A stretch of DNA of 64,000 nucleotides from Glaucostegus cemiculus. Lineage: Eukaryota. The first letter of the stretch is position 1. Every line of letters begins with the position of its first letter. A program made the translations under genes and the position numbers. The DNA is taken from positions 6,944,001 to 7,008,000 of the forward strand of contig CDPCPM010000091.1 in assembly GCA_976551045.1 (NCBI GenBank), read 5' to 3'. Of the stretch, positions 1-11,499 are shown piece after piece. The notes beneath the pieces were generated by a model. That model was not told the origin of the DNA. It did not search any database and saw only the letters and a list, made by a program, of their open reading frames with translations.

Positions 1-321
1 GCGTATGAAAATGTAACTGCTTGGCAAACAATTGAGGCCCAAAAATTTAATTTTATGTCTCAAGACAATAATTTCTTTATTTGAATATGTGAAAACATAG
101 GACACTTTAAAATATTTCTCATTTAACTATAATCATACGTTCATGTTTCAATCTTTATTTAGTTATTTTGTATAATAGTTAAACAATTAAATAATTAAAT
201 GCTTCCTCTTTGTGGGGAAGTTCTTTATGATTTGCTGTTCAGCCAGCTTAATGAGCCCAAGGCTCCTTTTGAACTGTTGTCTCGCAAAAGCATGGGCCAG
301 AAGACTGAGACATTCATAAGA

Positions 322-450
322 ACATAAAAGACTGCAGATGCTGGACTTTGGAACAAAAACAAACTGCTGGAGGAACTCAGTGGGTCGAGCAGCATCTGTG
401 GGTGAAAAGGAATTGTTGACACTTCAGGTCGAGACCTGCATCAGACTGAG
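322..450 (-). repeat. Penelope-derived terminal-repeat fragment with decayed hammerhead motif
   Basis: ctgcagatgctgga...gctggaggaactcag...gcagcatctgtgg motif recurs throughout the window; minus strand reads CTGATGC-AGG-tctcga-CCT-GAAG. Confidence 0.6.
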
Positions 451-2449
451 ACATTTATAGCATAGAGATCACTACAACTTTGAAGATTTTGTCCTTCAAA
501 TCAGTGGCAAACATTATTGCTTTGCCATTGAGCACACATTCTGGATGATAATTTTAAAGTAGAGAGCCATCATAAAATCCATGTCAGTTGTTGACCTCTG
601 TCGCTGAATTGAAATACCCTGAAAATCACAAATGACTTCATATGTGAATGAGACAAAGATAATGCCTCTCCTTGAGTGTCTCAACCAGTTGTAATTCTGA
701 TGCAGTGACCATGCTCTCCTCTTCCAATACTGCAGTTACTGGCTATAAGAGGTTTAAAAAAAAATGCTGGAAACACTCAGCAGATCAGGGAAAATGATTC
801 TTCTCTTTCCTCTTCCATTGCTTCTGTCATTAAATTGGGTGCAAATGCTATCACTTAGGCCCACTGTCTATTCAGACATGCAGTGGCTTGCTTTTCTATG
901 CTCATACCTTTGCAGCTCCCTCTGCGCTTCTCCTGTCACCTCATCACCAATCCCCTTGTTTCTAAATCTGTATGCTTTCCCTCACTACATCATTTCACAG
1001 AAGTTGGTTAATCTCTGGAATTCTCTATCCCGGAGGGTTGTGATGGTTAGATCATTGGTGGCATTTAAAGAAGTCGTCTGTAATGTTTTGAAAGATTAAG
1101 GAATTAAGAATCAAGGTGAACTAGCATAGAAGATGTGATCAGCCATGATTATATTGGCTGTCTGGACAAATAGAGGCTTCAGGACTCCTTATGAACTCCA
1201 GATGTTCAAAAGAATTCCCAGCCTACCCTTGCTATCATGTCCTTATCTGAAAAAAAAATCAGGTTCCTCAAGTACACTGATAATATTTGAGGAACTAAAA
1301 GTTACCCTCTCAATCCTGCACTGTCACAGTTATAAGGGTTATTTAAAACAACACTAGATTAATTAAAATTTCTTCCAACTAAACATTTCAGAAGGCCAAA
1401 GGATTGTTCTCTTTCCTCACCCAAATCTGTTCCTAGCTACTGACGCCTCCTTTTCATCAACGATTATTGAAACTGAACAGTTTATTTAAATATTGATTAT
1501 ATATTTTAATTTGGTGAGGAGCCCCCGATCGTTTATTTGTACCATCACTAAGATGCCCCAATTCTGTCTTTGTCTAAACTTAACAGCTAATAAACCTCAG
1601 ATCAACGCCTATATTACCTTTAAACTTGACTCTTAATACTCCTCTGCCCACCCTCCAACTTTCCGTCATACATAAATCTGTTCTCATTAAAATTCTGCTA
1701 CCCAGGATCCTAACTTGTACTATATTCCTTTTGCCCTAGTGTTGTCCTACATTAGTTCCCAGGATGTTAATACCACAACTTCATCATCATTTTCAAACCC
1801 TGCCGTTGCTTCATCCTTCCTGTTTGTATATTAAATGAATTGAAAACAGGGATGAGAATTTTAAATTTGACAGTGCAAGCCACTATGCGTCCTCAAGCAC
1901 AAAGCAACTGAATGAATAGAAGGATGTAAGTAAATGATAAAAGATACGAGAGTGGGAACACAAAAAAGAAAGAGCAGGGCTTTAGCTACAGGTGAATCAA
2001 GGAATGAGTGGAAACAAGTGATATTACAGTGGCAGAATTCTTGGTGATTGTGATGGAGAGGACACAGGCTAGAAGCTTAGCTCGGGGTCAGATAGAATTG
2101 TAAGGTAGAAAGCAATCCAGAGGGAATGGAACTAGTAGCCAGGGAGCAGAGTTTGTGATTGGAATGAAAGAAATGCTTTCAGTCTTCCCACTGTGTAACT
2201 GAAGGAAAACTTTGTTCACCCAGTGCTAGATGTTAGACAATCAACCATCTGTGGTTGCATAGAAAGGTGCCATGAGAAAGGGAGCTGATATTGATGGGGG
2301 CGGAAGAGTGAACCTGGAAGTTAAGAAGGGAAAAGTCGAGAGAAGGAGAGATGAGTTAATGCCAGATGTTGTCAGTTAACTTAAATGTGAAACATGGCTA
2401 TACTCTTGAAAGTTATTTTTTTAAGAGTATGTATTTGAGAAATGGGAAT

Positions 2450-2610
2450 ACTATAGAATCGATTATAGAGGCATACAGCATGGAAACAGGTCCTTCAGTC
2501 CAACTGGTCCATGCTGATCAAGATGCCCATCCAAGTTAGCCCCATTTGCCTGGGTTTGGCTCATATCCTTCTGAACCTTTCCTATCCATGTACATGTCTG
2601 ACTGTCTTTT
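2450..2610 (-). mobile_element. CR1-type LINE 3' tail fragment
   Basis: catacagcatggaaacaggtccttc...cccatttgcc...catatcc is the reverse complement of the CR1 3' UTR seen at 44800-44915. Confidence 0.65.
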
Positions 2611-2920
2611 AGGTTTTTGACATTCTTGAGGTTTTCAGGTTATGATTGATTGGACAATGGAGGAGAGATGTTGGATTAAAATAATGTGCTCAACCATGTC
2701 AATAGCCATATGATGGCCATTTGTCAATTTACCTCTACTTAGATTGTAATTCTTTACTCCCCAATTGATTATTGATGTTTAATTAGAATAAACTGTCTAT
2801 CAAAGTGTATTCTACATAAGTTCTAGATAATCAAAATTTTACCAAGTAAACTTAATTATGTTCCATTAATGTATAAAGTAACATTGCATTAGGTTCTGCA
2901 TGGTCGGGCTGGTCTGGAAG

Positions 2921-4545
2921 ATTCAAGATCGCTTTATTGTCATTGAGCCGTTGAGACAACAGAACAACGAGATTTCATTGGCACTCCCATGTCAGACAAT
3001 AGGCACAGTACTTAAATATTAAATAAATAGAGAATAAATTGTTATTAGAGTTTACACTGTAGGGTTTACTTGACGTATTAGAGGGAGAGAGAGAAGAAGC
3101 GAGAAAGGACTAGTGCAATCTGTGAAATTTAAAGTCCTTGTTTAAGATTTTCACGGCGTTGGGGAAGAAGCTATTCCTCAATCTGGCCGTGGATATGTGG
3201 AATGTCCTGAAGCGTTTCTTTGAGGGGAGCAGACTGAAGAGGTGATGGGCCGGGTGGGTAGAGTCCATAATGATGTTTGTAGCCTTGTTCAGACACCGGG
3301 ACTCATAAATGTCCGCCAATGCGGGTAGGCGCACCCCTGTGATCTTCTGTGCCGTATCAATCACCCACTGTAGGCCTTTCCTCTCTTTGTTGGTACAGCT
3401 GGCATACCAGGCAGTGATGCCGTATGTCAGGATGCTCTCTATCGCACACCTATAGAAATTGACCAGAATACCTGTTGACAAGTTTGCACTCTTCAGCTGC
3501 CGTAGGAAGTACAGACGCTGTTGCACCTTCCTGGTGCTTAATGTAGAGTGAGTTCCCCAGGAGAGGTCTTCGGTGATGTGAGTCCCCAGGAATTTGAAGC
3601 TTGTAACTCTCTTTACTGCCTCGCCATCAATGAGCACTGGGCCAAGTTCTGTTCTGCTCGTCCTCCTGAAGTCAACCACAATCTCCTTGGTTTTCTTAGT
3701 GTTTAGGATAAGATTGTTGGTAGAACACCAGGCTGTTAGGTTGTCCACCTCATCCCTGTACGCAGACTCATCATCATCGGAGATTAAGCCGGTGACTGTT
3801 GTGTCATCTGCGAATTTAATTATGGTATTTGTACCTCCAGAAGATAGTTAGGGCTGCGGAGAGGATCATAGATGTCTCGCTTCCATCACTCGCAGACATA
3901 TACAAAGACCGTTGTGTGAGGAAGACCAAAAGCATAATGGCCGACCCTTCTCACCCTTCCCACCACCTCTTTACGATTTTACCATCAGGGAGGAGGCTTA
4001 AATGTATCAGGGCAAGAACGACCAGGCTGAACAATAGCTTCTTTCCGCAAGCCATCAGAACTGCAAACTCTCTCATCCCTCCATCTTCCTTTGTTAACAC
4101 TAAGAGATGCTAGGTGCACAGAAATGCACCAGCACTTTAAATGCCTGACACCAGCCCGTTCACTTTAATAACTATTTATTTATTTACTGGCCATTTTTAA
4201 TTTAATCTGCGTATTAATTTAGTTCTAACTTCCGTAGTTTTTAATGTTTAATGTTTTTTAATGTTTATTCTGTTAAGTGTGTATGTGTGTCTCTGTTGGT
4301 TGTTATTTAATGGGACGAGCACCTGAGGAGGATGGTATCTCGCTCCTATGCATACTATGTATGTATATGGTTGTGACAATAATTCTGATTCTGATTCTGT
4401 ACCATGTTTGGGTGAACAGTCGTAGGTAAAGAACGCGTACAGGAGGGGACTTAACACACAACCCTGTGGCACTCCTGTGTTCAGGGTGATGGTTGAGGAT
4501 GTATGTCCACCTAACCTCACCATCTGTGGTCTAAAAAGATGGTCA
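2921..4545 (-). mobile_element. Rex1/Babar-type LINE 3' portion, itself split at 3836-4397
   Basis: LNTGVPQGCVLSPLLYAFFTYDCSPKHGT (4500-4398) continues as NTIIKFADDTTVTGLI...WCSTNNLILNTKKTKEIVVDFRR (3830-3110); tail with AATAAA and (atcttga)-type repeat at ~2920. Confidence 0.85.
3836..4397 (+). mobile_element. Young 5'-truncated Rex-type LINE 3' end with 6-bp TSD
   Basis: LQKIVRAAERII...PSHPSHHLFTILPSGRRL...NSFFPQAIR, 3' UTR and (attctg)n tail; TGTACC at 3830-3835 and 4398-4403. Confidence 0.85.
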
Positions 4546-5239
4546 GATTGGTCAGAATACATGGGATCCGTGGTGAGTTAGCCAAATGGATACATGATTG
4601 ACTTGATGGTAGGGGGCAGTGGGGGGGTTGATATTCAGATTGTAGGCCTGTGTCCACTGGTGTGCCACAGGGATCGGTGCTGGACCCTCTTATTTGGCAT
4701 ATATGTTAGAAATTTGGATGAGAATGTAGGTGGCATGATTAGTTTGCAGATAACTACAAAATTGGTGGTATAATGGACAGTGAAGAAAGTTGTGTAAGGT
4801 TACAATAGGATATAGATCACTGGGAAAGTGAGCAAGGGAATGGCTGATAGAATTTAACTCAGAGAAGTGTAAAGTGATGTATTTTGGGAAGTTAAACCAT
4901 GGCAGGACATGCACAGTGAATAGAAGAAGGCGTATGGCACGCTTGCCTTCATCAGCCGAGGCGATGAGTACAAGAGTTGGGATGTTATATTGCAGTGGTA
5001 TAAAATGTTGGTTAGGTGACACATGGAGTATTGTGTCCTGTTCTGGTCGCCACACTACAGGATAGATGTGATTAAGTTCAAGAGGATGCAGAAGATTTAT
5101 AAGGTTTATATTGCCTGGATTTACATTGCCTGCGTTGGAAGCCTTATGAATATCTGTAAAATACTGTGCTTAAATAAAATCACAAAGTTGTACTTCAACT
5201 TTACTCTTATCAACAAGTTGTATAATACGGGTTGTAAAG

Positions 5240-7110
5240 GAAAAAACTGCAATGCTGAAAATGTCTAAAAAAATTGCTTTAAATAGCAGGTCAAGCAGCT
5301 ACTGTGGAGAGAGAAAAACAGTTAACATTTCTGGTTGATGATCTTTCATCAGAAATAGGAAATGTTTTCAGTCAAACATGTTTTGGGTTACACAAGTGGT
5401 AGTGGTACTAGCTTACAGAGGGTGATGAAAGCCTGTTAACAGCAGCTGATTTGTCTTTAGGAGATGTACATTGAAGGAAGGAAATGAGAAGAGAGAGGAA
5501 CCATGAGATGAATCAAGTGTAATTAGTGAAAGTCTGAATTTAAAGAGGACACTGGAAATATTCAGAAAGTCAGAGACAACTGTGGAGAAAGAAAAGTAAG
5601 TTAACATTAACAGTTTTAATGACCTTTCATCAAGACTCAATAGTTTTGATAGAAACTAGGAAAGTTGCTTATCTGAAATTATTGAATTCTGTCATGAGGT
5701 ATAAGTGTTCAATGTGCTTTGTTGGAAGAAGGGATGCTGTTCCTCAAGTCTGTGATTCATTTTATTGGAACAGTGTAAGAGGTCAGTGTGGGATAGAAAA
5801 CAAAACTAACAGGCAGCCAGAAGCTCATTGCAATCTTAACAAAAGTATTCTGCAGTCTGTCTTTGGGTTCTCCAATGTAAAGGAAACCACATTGTGAACA
5901 CTAAATGTGGTGCACTGACCTGGAAGAACTACAATGAATCACTACTTCATGTGGATAGTGGGAAGTGAAGAGATAAAAGGGTGGGTGTTGTGTCTCTTGT
6001 GGCTGCTTAAATGGGTGCCTCAAAAAATGGAGCTGGTATTGGGGATGGAAAAATAAACCTGGGCGTTCAGGAGTGAACAGTTCCTTCAAAATGCTGAAAG
6101 GAGAGTGGCAGGGGAAAGATGATGGTGGCATCGTGAAGATGATGTTTTCAATGTGGAGGCTGATGAGGCAGAAGGTGTGGACAAGGGGAGCTCTTTCCAT
6201 ACATTGGCGGCTAGGAGGGGAGGGGAGGAGTGAAAGCAGAAGTGCAGGAAATGAACAGATATAGCTGGCAGCCCTAGCAACTATGGTGGAAGGGAAACCA
6301 GAAGAACCAAGAAGAAAGTAACACGTCTAGGAAATTCTGATGTGGAGGGTGTCATCATCAGAATAGATGCTGTGGAGCCTCAGAAACTAGGAAAATGGAA
6401 GAATTCTCAGAGGAATTAGGGTTAAATGGCTTTGGCTTGAAACAGAGACGATCAGAAGGGGATGAGTTAGACATGGAATATGTAAAAGTGAGAGCAGCGT
6501 GGAATCACGAAGGGGCTCGACCCAAAATGTTGATCGTCCATTTCCCTCCATTGATGCTGCCTAACCTGCTGAGTTCCTCCAGCTCCTTTTGTGTTGCTCC
6601 AGATTTCCAGCATCTGCAATGATTTGTGTCTCCCTCCTGCTCGGTTGTGATGAAAGCTTATTTACCTGTGAAGTTTACTCGGTACTTTCCTCTCGATATA
6701 TATGCCTGACCTGCTAAATACTTCCAGCAATTTCTCCTTATTTCAAATTTACAACTGCACTATTTTGTATCTCACAATTCTAGCAAAGTTTTTCCCCTGT
6801 GTTCTCATTCATCTCCCTCTATTTACACCACCTCCAGACAGATCAACTGTGACTGACAAACCACCAGTCTCACCCAGCATTGAAACTACCTGTGTCATTC
6901 AGTTCTCCTTCATCTCCACTCTGTCACAGACATTTCTTTTGTTCCCTTTATTCTACCTCCTACCCCTTGCAACTTAAAACATGCACATTTTCTCTGTTTT
7001 CTCCGTTCTAATGAAAGGTTATTATAATGGAACTTCAGCTCTATTTCTCTCTCCACAGATGCCCCTCACCCACTCTTTCTGACACTTTTTAAAAAAATCT
7101 GATTTCCCAA
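5240..7110. mobile_element. Penelope-like element cluster: minus-strand GIY-YIG-region fragment flanked by several terminal repeats in both orientations
   Basis: Terminal-repeat motifs at ~5250, 5550, 6500-6620, 6640-6770 and 6980-7110; the body (5660-6400) is homologous to 11510-12300 and 15220-16080. Confidence 0.65.
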
Positions 7111-8387
7111 CATTGACCTTTTCCTTTACATGCTCTAACTATTGCCCTTTCTGAATGGAAACTGCGTCCAGTGGAATCACCTGTACTGCAGTCCACATCA
7201 TCAATTTTACAAGCTTATCTTCAGCATTTGGAACATCAGAGCCCTCATAAACAGTACTGAATAAATTCCCAGAACATCAGATTGCACTTGTGGGCTGAGA
7301 ATTCAGGAGATAGAGTGACGATTTCACATACCTTCTTGTCAGGTTTTGGCCGGGAGAGTTTTCTGCCAAATTGACAAGTGCTTCATGAATGTCTATTTCA
7401 ACTTAGTGGGAGACAATTATGCCACTGTTGTCAGCATGTAAGCTTGACGCTAATAATGATATCCAAGAGGAATTTTCATCCAAACTTGACTGATCCTTTC
7501 AAAATTTTAAGAGGGAAATAGACACTTGGTGATGGTTACACGGTGCACAGGATTCAAACTGTTGGTACAGAACCATTGGGATGGAAGGAGTTAGGAAGAT
7601 CAACTCCAGTGGGATCCTCCTCCTCTCAAAATGTGTGGAAAATGAACTTTCTGTCACAAGCACCTTGTTTCTTCAGAAAATAAGCACAAAATATTGTGGC
7701 GATTTCTGTGAAATGAGCATTGAAGATTGATTGACAACATCATTATTTGTCCCTGGATCACACTATTCTGGGAACCGACAACTGCTGGACCCACTTGTGA
7801 CTCATCCACCTATAAGATCCATTAAACTGCTTCCTAAGTGGCAGCTGCAGCAGAAGCTGAGTGTCGATTTAAGGCTTCCACCAGTGCCTGAAGGATAAAC
7901 CTAAGAACTCCGTCCCACTACAAGAGAGCATCAGCAGGTTTTCCAGTGCTGTTAAGTCCACTGTCAACACTGCTTCCAAATGACATTTCAGCTTTCTCCC
8001 AGGATACCTCAGAACCTCAAGTTTTCAGTGCTTGACAGAACAACATCAACTACAAATAAACTAAAATGTCAGCAAACTAAGCAGAGGATTGGCGAAGGAC
8101 CTGTGAAATGAATAGATGGTAAGATGACAAGGTGAGAATGATCTGATACCCTGACCACAGCTACTATATACATTATTTTTTCCAGTGCCACCAAATCTGT
8201 GTAAGCACACGGGTGCAAACCTCTCATGGTCCAGTGATGGAGGAAATCTGATCAAGGGAGCAGTTTAACACTCATTGGAGGTGTCATTATGAATCCCTTC
8301 CCAATTTGATGGACAAAGTGGATATGTTGAGGATCAGTCCAAAACTTCTGAATGAGACAGTTCTGATCTCCATCCTTTAACACTTGG

Positions 8388-8750
8388 GTCAGCACCGTGA
8401 TACAGTTGCTAAATAATAATATTTGCTAAAAAAAACACAAAGCTGCTGCCTCACAGCTCCAGCAACCCAGGTTCAATCCTGAACACTGTTGCTGTTTATG
8501 TGGAGCTTGCATGTTCTCCTTGTGTCTGCCTGGGTACTCCTGGGTGCTCTGGTTTCCTTCCATGCCCCAAATACGTGTGGTTTGATAGGTTAATTGGCCA
8601 CTTTAAATTGTACCTGGTGTGTAGTAAGTAGTAGAATCTGAATGGGAGTTGATGGGAATGTGGGATTGTGTAAGAATAATGTAAAGGGGCCTGATGGTAG
8701 GCACTGAACTGGCCATAGAGACTGTTTCCACACTAGATGACTGTTATGAC
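8388..8750 (+). mobile_element. tRNA-derived V-SINE (HE1-like)
   Basis: B-box-like GGTTCAATCC at ~8470, V-domain tggagcttgcatgttctcc...gggtgctctggtttcc, CR1-like tail. Confidence 0.75.
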
Positions 8751-9853
8751 TAAGAGACGGTGTTTGAATCCCTCCAATTTTTGAAGAGGTGTGAATGGCC
8801 GTTAAACCTGAGAAGCGATAAGACATCTGGAACTAATGGAATCCATGTACATGTTTTCAAGCTAGATGAGTCAAGATTACATTACACAATTCTCTTCTTG
8901 AACGTCTGAAAATAATGAGGAAACTCCAGAGGATTACCAAGCTTTTGCTCCCCTCACTCAGCTGGTACTAACAGTCTCTCTTGGTCTCAATTCTATTGTA
9001 TTGAATTCAATTCAATTCTATTCCCTGCAACTTAAAACAGGTTTGAAATCTAACTTCTCCTTGGCCTGATGAAAGGTCATTGAACTGAAGTGTTAACTCT
9101 GTTTCTCACTCAATAGATTCTGCCTGACCTGCAGTGTGTTTCCTACTTTCTGAAGAACTCAGGTGCCAAGAGTGTGAAAATCTTAGAATAGAGAAATGTC
9201 CCACAGCAGAAATTATACGGGGATCACTTTGCTTTTATCACAAGAAAGATCATTGCAAGAGCCCTTCTGAAAAGCCTCCTTCCAGAACTTCACTGGTTTA
9301 TCCCTGTAACACAGTGACATGCAGTACCCATCGTGAAGCTCACAGAAGTTAAGAGAGTAATCAACAAACAGTTTCTTCCAATAATAACTGAAATTCATTT
9401 AGAGAGCATGTCACATATTTCAGAAACAACACCTGACAAACTATTGACAGAACTCCAACTTCAGGCCAAATAAGGTTTTGATTGCCTGAGGAAATTAATT
9501 TTTAATGATTGTGATTTATTGTGGTTTATCAGGTACAGAGCTGAAATTTGGTCAGTACATGTGAGATATCTCATGGTACTGTCACCACTAGCTGAAGAAC
9601 ATTTAACATATACACATAAATGAGAAATGAACCAACATCTGCATCCTTTCTCAAGGGAACACATCAAGCATTGGAGTAAAGATTTTCTAACATCAGCTGG
9701 TTTGCATCAGTCAACTCCCAATTCCCCAAACATGCTTTTTTTCTACCCTCACGGCTCCATTATGAGGATGGGAGAGAAAGGTTTCCTTAAGAAATGTGAC
9801 ATCAACACAAACTCGTGGACTGCGACAAGATATTCTGCAGGTGCAGGAATCTG

Positions 9854-10009
9854 GAGCAATACGCAAAAAGTGTGGGAGGATCTCAGCAGGTCAGGCAGCA
9901 TCTATGGAGGGAAATAAACAGTTGACGTTTTGGGCCGACACCCTTTATCAGGACTGATGGAGATGCTGCCTGACCTGCTGAGTTCCTCCAGCACTTTTGT
10001 GTGTTGCTC
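9854..10009. repeat. Fold-back (inverted) Penelope terminal-repeat unit
   Basis: Arms 9854-9903 and 9961-10009 with a perfect 22-bp core CTCAGCAGGTCAGGCAGCATCT / AGATGCTGCCTGACCTGCTGAG. Confidence 0.85.
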
Positions 10010-10936
10010 ATGGACTGAGAGCCTGCTGCAAGGGTCTCTGCAACTTGAAACCCTAAGATGGCAACTGGAAGTGATAAAGAAGGAATATTATTTTTATCAT
10101 CATTGGACCAAATCAGCAACATAAAATATGTCCAAATTACAGTAGAGCCTGTAAATCCCAGATCAGCCTTATCAGCCATCTGCACATAAAATCTTCTTTG
10201 GAATATGTCATTGTTGATGATAAAAGATTGCACAGCACATAAACCTCATTATCATTTGCAGTGTCCTTCAGCCCCAAAGTCCTAATTTGTGTGAAGAGAG
10301 CAGACAGGTTGGACGACCTCTTTGTTAGTCCAGTCCTAGTTGAAGGGACATTAGTTTTTTGCTCTTTCTGTCTATTGCTCTGCAACACCTATGCCTGCAC
10401 CATTATGAATTAGAGAACATGCAACATCCACTGGTGTGCTTGTGGCTTTTTATAACCTGGTGACTAGATTACAATTAAAAAAAGCTAACAGGCATTTATG
10501 TAGCAGCTGATTGTGAGCAGGGTAACAAATAAAACGCAGGTAAAACATATTTCAAAGGGAGCAAGAACTCCTCTTCTGCTCGAGATATGTTGTTACAGTG
10601 AAGAGAGAAAAAGAACAAAAATAAGTTCTTATTCAAAAGAGTCGATATTATAATCAATAGAAGGCAATGAAGAAGAGGAAAAGATAAAATCATGTTTAGG
10701 GTCACCTCTAGCTTCGAGGAATAGTAGGGACATATATTTTGATTGTATTGTTTTAATTAGCTTTAAAAAGTGTAGATTTCTGAACAAATGTTACATGTTT
10801 TCTCCTTGCCATTGTTTAAATCTCTTTGAAGATAATTGGGGTCGTTCAAGATTCACACGTGATTAATCTTGTACAGATCACAATAATTAATCCGTTTATT
10901 AAAGAAAATAAAGCTGCAGATGTTGGAAATCGGAAA

Positions 10937-11270
10937 TAGAACATAGAACAATACAGCACAGGAACAGGCCCTTCGGCCCACTACGTAAGTGCCAAACATG
11001 ATGTCAATCTAAGTCATCCAATGTGTCTCATAAATCTCTTAAACTTTTCCACTCTCATATAAAACCGATGGCCTCTAGTATTTGGCATTTCCACCCTGGG
11101 GAATAAACTATCTACCCTATCTATGCCTCTCATAATTTTATGTATTTCCATCAGATCACCCCTCAGCCTTCTGCACTCCAGTGAAAGCAATCCACATTTG
11201 TCCAACCTCTCCTTGTATCTAATATTCTCCAATGCAGGCAACATCCTTCCTCACTATCCACAATTCCACC
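10937..11270 (-). mobile_element. CR1 LINE 3' fragment
   Basis: MLPALENIRYKERLDKCGLLSLECRRLRGDLMEIHKIMRGIDRV; (tagaaca)n tail at ~10937. Confidence 0.85.
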
Positions 11271-11445
11271 TATCACAATTATAATCATATAAAATAGTTG
11301 ATCCAGTCATTAACAATTTGTGGGAAACTTCTACAGCTTTTTCTATGCTGCTCTACAACTATATCACAAAAGCCTTAGGGTACATCAGTCCAGTGAATTA
11401 TTTCAATTCTATTTAATTTCTGAATTTCTTTTTTCTTTCATTACT
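11271..11445. repeat. Composite local duplication: inverted copy of 13660-13761 plus direct copy of 13492-13565
   Basis: Manual alignment: 102 bp with 3 mismatches (inverted) and 74 bp with 2 mismatches (direct). Confidence 0.92.
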
Positions 11446-11499
11446 AAAAGAAAATGAGCCAAAATGATGACATACGGAAATAACGAGTTTTGACACAGA

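Larger units (their letters stand above)
2891..5105 (+). mobile_element. CR1 LINE RT fragment split by a Rex insertion (parts 2891-2920 and ~4551-5105)
   Basis: The parts join as (K)VLHGRLVWK|VRIHGIRGELAKWI, followed by [10 protein letters not shown]-like and EYCVLFWSPHYRID motifs. Confidence 0.75.
7200..10350 (+). mobile_element. Highly decayed RTE-clade LINE, interrupted by a SINE and Penelope repeats
   Basis: Endonuclease remnants WNIRAL..., DIQEEFSSKLD and GKINSSGILLLSKCVENELSVTSTLFLQK, with many stops and frameshifts. Confidence 0.55.

Noticed and set aside
9400-10450. Possible exon of an upstream neighbouring gene
   Set aside because: No open frame with splice sites or recognisable host protein; better explained as decayed RTE sequence.
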